A DNA stretch of 64,000 nt, taken from the NCBI GenBank assembly GCA_043228905.1, contig JBHGNT010000008.1:8990001-9054000 (forward strand), given 5' to 3'. Below the pieces are notes generated by a model, which was not told the origin of the DNA, made no database searches, and was given only the letters and a program-made list of their open reading frames with translations. The position numbers and the translations under genes are program-made. The stretch is from Azolla caroliniana. Lineage: Eukaryota; Plantae; Polypodiophyta. Shown here one piece after another: positions 58,073-64,000 of the stretch (position 1 is the stretch's first letter; the number at the start of each line of letters is the position of its first letter).

Positions 58073-61000
58073 CTAATGTTTTTCATTGAAACCAATGCCT
58101 GAAGTGTCTCCAGATTTCGAAACCAACTCAAACTTCCCAGCATATGGAGATGTCGCAGAGTCAACACGCCTTTGTAAATGTGAAACTGCACAATACCGCA
58201 CTTGAAACACAGTCACTGCTCGGCAATATGAAACCGACACACCCACCCCTTCACCTGTCAGAAAACATGGCATACAAAGGAGATGAGACTCAAACAAGGG
58301 AAAACACCACTTGTATTTTCAAGAATTACCACTTTGTTGCTTTGTAGAGAAAATTCTAGTAAACCTTAAAAACCTAAGGACACTTTAGTCTAGTGACTCG
58401 AAAACAAACTAGAACTGCTCTATCACAAAATCCATCATGAAATCATTTAAAAGCTCTTGAAATTTTTTATTGGATATTACAAAGAAAAAATTACCATGTG
58501 TTACACATAATATGTTGTCGCTAGGGAACATATCAGCAATGGCCTCAAATGTGGAAACATATCTTGTATAGGCACCATCAAGCGTCTCTTGCCAATGTGG
58601 CAACTACATAAAATAACAGCATTGTATGTATTTATACCATTATCATTAATTAATCTGACTAAGAAAAGCAAAGGTTCTAACAAAGAACTTGTTGGACCAA
58701 GCATATGAAAGTAATTTTGAGGACATACTATGTATACATTTATTTATTTATTCATCATATACAAGTTCTAAGAACATCTAGGTAATTGCTTTCCCTTTAC
58801 TAGTGAGTCTTTAGCCTACAAACCTCAGTCATTATTTTTTTTACGGAACTGTCCACAGTGCCAACGGGTAAAATTGCCTCTAAATCATTCATGTCCATGA
58901 TCGACGGACCTCCTGGAGGCATATTTGGAATGCGTATTGCTACTGAGTTCAGAACTTCACACAAACCATATTCAAAAGATACCTATGAAAACCCAATAAA
59001 AGCATGTCAGATAAACAAACAATTATATTTAAATATACATACAATTTATTTATGTAGCCTACAATTTCTAGAATTAGCAATGTCTGCTATTGCCACTTTC
59101 TCTTTGTCTCCACTTGTTTTCTCACTTGTCTTCACATAAATCATGAGCCTATTTTGTATTGTGGCCACATGTCACCACTCTTGACACCTGTCAAATGAGC
59201 ATGCATGTTGGTCTCGAGTTTATAACATTGTGCCCAAGACAACATGATAACTGTAGTATTTTTGAACCTGTTCTTATTTCTCTCGAGGAGCAACATTCTG
59301 GGGGATGATGTAGATCTATAGAACAACCACAAAAGTTCTGGAACATCCTTGGCCTGGATCACCCATCCAGTGACAGTGAAGTTGGTGTCAATGGGAATGT
59401 TTGCAGAAGTTCAAGAGGCAAGTGGAGTCATTGCTGGTGATGGTGGCAATGCAGCCACTTCTATATAGTGTGTACAAGTATTGGTTTGTTGTAAAAGACA
59501 CAGACCCATCCCAGATGAGAAATTGTGTCTAAACTCTTGTACTTGGTTGACAAAACTACATTTGAAGGTTCAACAACATGTATTACTTTCCAAGAAGAGG
59601 AAACAGCTACCTAATTAGATTGAGGAATATTGGCACAGATCTCTCCTTTAGAAATCTGGGGTGTGATCGATCGCTTCAAATTTCATACCTCATTGCATTA
59701 GCTTCAAGTATGCAAGAAACATAATACATAAATTATGCTGTCGCAAATGTATTGGATTGCAACGATAGAGGATCATTACACTATTATGTATACCCACCTA
59801 ATGAGCCAAAACACTTAAGAAAGAGACAATAGAAAATAATTGTGTTTCACACCCAAAAACATATAATGGAATTAAATAAACAGTTCCAAAATCGCCATTT
59901 GGAAATAAAATCCATCACCATGTGGAAGCAACAAGGAGAGGTGTTTTCTAGCAGATGAGTACATAAATGGCATGACATGCCAAAATCCTGAACTTTCTTG
60001 GGAAAGAACCGTGGGTAGCCTATGGACTAGAGCAATAAGACCATTACCTTCAAGACCACCACCCAGTAGGCTACAACAGTTTACACAGACCCAGGGTTAC
60101 CTAGTATGATAAGAGACAATAACCAATATTTTTTAGAACTTCTGACAGATTGTATCCACCAGCGCACTATATCACTGGTGATAGTTCGGAAACATTGAGC
60201 GTATCTGAACTTATTATTTCTCTTTTCATATATGATGATTATTTTCCTGGGAGCTGTATTCTCACTGTAAGGCAATAGAACACTGAGGCGTAAGGATTCT
60301 GCAATGCCTTGCCCGTTTCGATAGTTCACAAACAGTTTCTATTGTTTGGGCCCCTACCTCCAGCAAAGATGTAATTGCCGGAACATTTAACTGGGTTTGT
60401 CCTTTTTTGGGATCATGAAATCCGACTTCCTTGATGGCAAGGATTCAGTAATGCCGAGATAAGAATTTCTATGACTTCTATGTAATAACTTTGATCACTT
60501 AATGATTTTAGTCTTTTGTCCCATGTAATGACTTTTATCACCCATTAATTGCCATGAGGCCATGCATACTTGTACATGATTTATCTCATCATTAACATAG
60601 TGTATTTTTCTCCTTTCCACCCACATGTGAAACATTATGATACCAATTACAGGAAGGAACATGTATTCTTGCATCATATACATGAGCAAAGAGTAACTTG
60701 GTAACCTCAAGGGGTTACACCTTAATTATCTATTTGTTTATCAACAATTCACAATATACTCACAAGTTGAAAAATCATGGACATATGAATTAAGAATTGT
60801 TCTCCAGGGAAAATCTCTTTCCCATATATATAAACATTCATATACACTGGAATGGAGGAGGGTAGGTGGTACCTTTACTCTCGATGGATCGATAGCAATA
60901 TCGAGGGCAGAAGTTTCATGCGAGGTGTTATCGTCAAGGGCACAAAGGGCCGCAACGACCTCTGAGGCAGTTTGAGCACACCGAAGAAAAGGCGAGCAAA

Positions 61001-61238
61001 AGACCCGAGTAATATTCCATCCTTCATTTCTTAGCCTAATACCCACATCACGTGCCCGTCTCTTACCTTGATCAGTAAGGGGTGGGTCCCAAGGCCGCGG
61101 GGCCGAGTGAACCCAACTTCGATTTGCATCGTCCCATCGATCCCCATGTCTCATTACAAAGAGATGTTGAAGAGACTCGGTGTCGTCTCGAATTGCTTCA
61201 TGAGGAGGAGCAGGGGCATCTTCTTGAGTTGTTTCCAT
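58073..61238 (-). CDS. Histidine phosphatase / phosphoglycerate mutase-like protein, about 271 aa; exons 60873-61238, 58824-58982, 58495-58603, 58073-58254
   Basis: LFVMRHGDRWD catalytic motif, DPPLT, SPFLRCAQTA, EYGLCE, LCVTHG; all introns GT-AG and frame-preserving. Confidence 0.92.
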
Positions 61239-62745
61239 GGTAATAAGTTTGGATTTCCGGTTTGTAGGGGGGTGGAAATTGAAGGTAATGCCCAAATCAA
61301 TCAATCAATCAATCAATCAACCGATCGATCACAGTTACGAGCGGGACGATGAAAAGGAAAGAAGAACCTCTCTGCTGTGCAACTGTCTCAGGAAGGTTTG
61401 TCTCTGTTTCTCCGCTTTCTCTGCTGTGAGTGAATGGAAATTACACTGAATATAATAAACGGGATCTCTGGTGTGGAACTCTCGATTGAAAAGTCTCTCT
61501 CTCTCTCTCTCTCTCTCTCACGCACGTTCCACCATGCCCATCTCCTCTCCTCTTTAGTCTTCTCTTCTCTTTCTCTTTCTCTTTCTCTTCTCTTCTCTTT
61601 GTGAAGGGGGAGGGACCCCCCCAACGCCTCTAATAAGAGAGAAGCGCGTGTCCATGAACATATGTACATACTTGTATTAAAATAAATAAGAGGAAGGGGG
61701 GGGAGGAGGGTGGGGATCGGACGGTTGACGAATGGCTTAGTAATCCTCTGATATTTGCACCGTCAGATCACTCTCGTATATATATATATGCAAGAAAAGT
61801 ATGTGCCCCTTCCTAACCCCACTCTGTTTTCTCACGTCTAACTCGGGGCTAAGGGCTCTATCCCTACCCTGCTGCTTCTGTCATTTCTAAGTCGGACCCT
61901 GTTCTGGCCTTTGTCACTTTGAACCCCCCCCCTCCCCCAAGTGTTTCTAACCTGGTTGCTACTTTTTTCCTAACCCGCTCGGGCCCTTCAGCTAACCCAC
62001 AACCCATTTTTTCTAAGCCTCTTGTTAGTTCGATTCTCCAATTGGGCTACCTGCATCTGACCCCATCCCCGAGTTTGTAACCCGGCTACATGCATCAGTG
62101 ACTTGTATCTAACTCAATCCAATTCCTCTAAAGAGACCGAAGACTTTAAATATTCACACTCCAAATATCACACATGATTGAAGACCAGAAAGTTCAAAAC
62201 TTCAGTCACAGAAAACTTCAAATCACACATATTCAGAGACCAAAAACAAAGATTCGGATAGAAAAAGTTTAGTCATACAAAAAAAAATTAGTTACCAAAA
62301 ATTTCAAACATCACACATAGTCAAAGACCAACAACTTCAAATATCGGGCATATTGGGAGACCAAAGACTCAAAGATTTAGATATAAAAAGTTTTAGTCAC
62401 ACAAAAAAATTCAATCACCAAAACGTCCAAAGGTAACATGTGTTCAAATACCAAAAAACTCAAAGTTTTAACTCCATTAGCTTAGAGGTAAGACCTAGTG
62501 CACACAAATCAATTAGCTAGGTAAGAGCTGCCATTTCTTGCATATAATCCTCAACATCAACCCTGTTCAACGAACCTAATCCTTGATCTAGGCATTTTGA
62601 CACTTCTATAAACTTATGTATTTGAGACTTCCATGATTCCACCTCCTTTGATTTTGCAGAAGGTGGTTATATGGTCACCTTTTCTTTGTTTGCAAATATG
62701 CGCGGAAACGTATGTGAGGACCTGTCGGTTAAACTCAAAAAACAA

Positions 62746-63630
62746 TGTAGACAGAATGGCAAGAGGCAATACTATAGACAATAGATATGCACAGTTGAAG
62801 CTTTAATGGAAGCTTTGTTATTACGTTCTCTCTCTCACTCTCTCTCTCTCTGAGACTCTGTACAAGAACGATCAAGTGTTCTTACTTAGAACGTTAGGTT
62901 ATCTCTTATATACTAAGCCCTAACTCTTCGGATGAGTTCACACTAGGATACAAGGTGGAAGGAGTTGGCCTTTTATGCCAACAAACTCTCCCGTAAAAGG
63001 ACTACTCTTTCCTACATGTGTAGGTGTTTGGGGTATCTCCCCCGTAAATCTAGATTACAAAATTAATCTAAATTTATATTTACAAGTCCAGTCGGCATGT
63101 GGCCGAGTCGGTAGAGGTATGTTCAATGTCTAGCCTGGTTCAGCTAGTCAGTCAGATTGACTTGTCTGAGTCGATCGGTTTGTCTTACCTTCTGCTCCTC
63201 GTTCAGCCTTCTTTTGCTCGATCGCTTGTCGCAGTCCTATCTTTGTCCTTAGTGCTCTGAAGTGTTGATCTGGGAGTGGCTTCGTTAGGCAATCAACGAT
63301 GTTCACCTCGGTGTCGATCTTCCGGACTTCAAGCTTCTTCTGGGTTATGAGCTCTCAGATGTGATGATACTGCACCTCAATGTGCTTCTTCTTCACGTGA
63401 TAGACGGGATTGTTAATGAGGTGAATTGTGCTCTGTGAGTCGCAATAGATGGTCAGCGTTGGTAAGTCGATTCGGCTTGTCGATGAGAAGTCGGTGGACA
63501 GTCGGTGCAGCCAGATCGTTTCCTTCGCTGCCTCTGATGCTGCTATGTACTTGGCCTCTGTGGTCGACAGGGTTGTGCACTCTTGAAGCTTTGACCTCCA
63601 TGATATTGCACCGCCACCATAGGTGAAAAT
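62746..63630 (-). mobile_element. 3' end of a Ty1/copia element (RNase H about 63250-63625; probable 3' LTR about 62746-62983)
   Basis: Minus-strand SWRSKLQECTTLSTTEAKY...IYCDSQS...KHIEVQYH; GGGAGAGTT purine tract then TGTTGG at 62983; far LTR boundary uncertain. Confidence 0.7.
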
Positions 63631-64000
63631 TGTTGGGAATTTGGTCCCTCCGGATGGGATCCGGATGAGATTCGGACAAGCTGAAGGAAGGAACCGGACC
63701 GGAAGATATCTGTATGGATCTAGTGTGAATTGGATCTAGGGACATATCTACAAATATGTTTCTGGTGTTCTTGTAAAGGCTAGATTTGTAAATAGTCTTA
63801 AATTCATATAAGTATAAATATGACTTAGGGCAATCACTTTGTAAGGTGTTGTTGTTAGTTGTATCATAGTAGCACAGAGAGAGAGAGAGAGAAGTGAAAC
63901 CGCTGCTTGGCGAAGATACAGAGCTCAAGGTCATTGCCTCTGAGTCTCCTGTTGTACCTCCTTTCTCGTATAGTGATAGTTGGAGTTTGTGGGCTCCCGT
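63631..64000 (+). repeat. LTR of the copia B family, truncated by the window end
   Basis: Starts TGTTGGGAAT; homologous to 7214-7774 and 28676-29222. Confidence 0.88.

Noticed and set aside
61810-62115. Interstitial telomeric repeat
   Set aside because: Motifs are dispersed and degenerate, not tandem CCCTAAA/CCCTAA arrays.

Overview
Repeat-dominated nuclear DNA of a land plant. The TE lineages present (Tcn1-like chromoviruses, a non-chromovirus Ty3/gypsy, several Ty1/copia) suggest a non-seed plant such as a fern; this is inference. About three quarters of the window is nested LTR retrotransposons, including one very young, nearly intact chromovirus (8622-14400, TSD GGAGA). The right end carries two apparently intact host genes (a CYP71-clan cytochrome P450 and a histidine phosphatase/phosphoglycerate-mutase-family gene) plus a decayed hAT transposon. 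Main discovery: removing a 21-kb nested retrotransposon block (5894-26812, TSD GCGGA/ACGGA) restores in frame an intron-containing gene for a ParB-like domain fused to a beta-class amino (N6-adenine or N4-cytosine) DNA methyltransferase. It lies head-to-head with a CxxC...DGMDQ transposase-like exon, with palindromes between them, so it looks like a decayed eukaryotic DNA transposon carrying a prokaryote-type methyltransferase. Other notable signals are antisense tRNA-like (A-box/B-box) modules in the LTRs of four Ty3/gypsy families, covarying Tf1-type self-priming PBSs, an LTR fold-back with its breakpoint exactly at the self-primer, a long heat-shock-element array, and a gag-pol slippery site that is mutated in the youngest element. 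All calls are by eye; no database searches were run.
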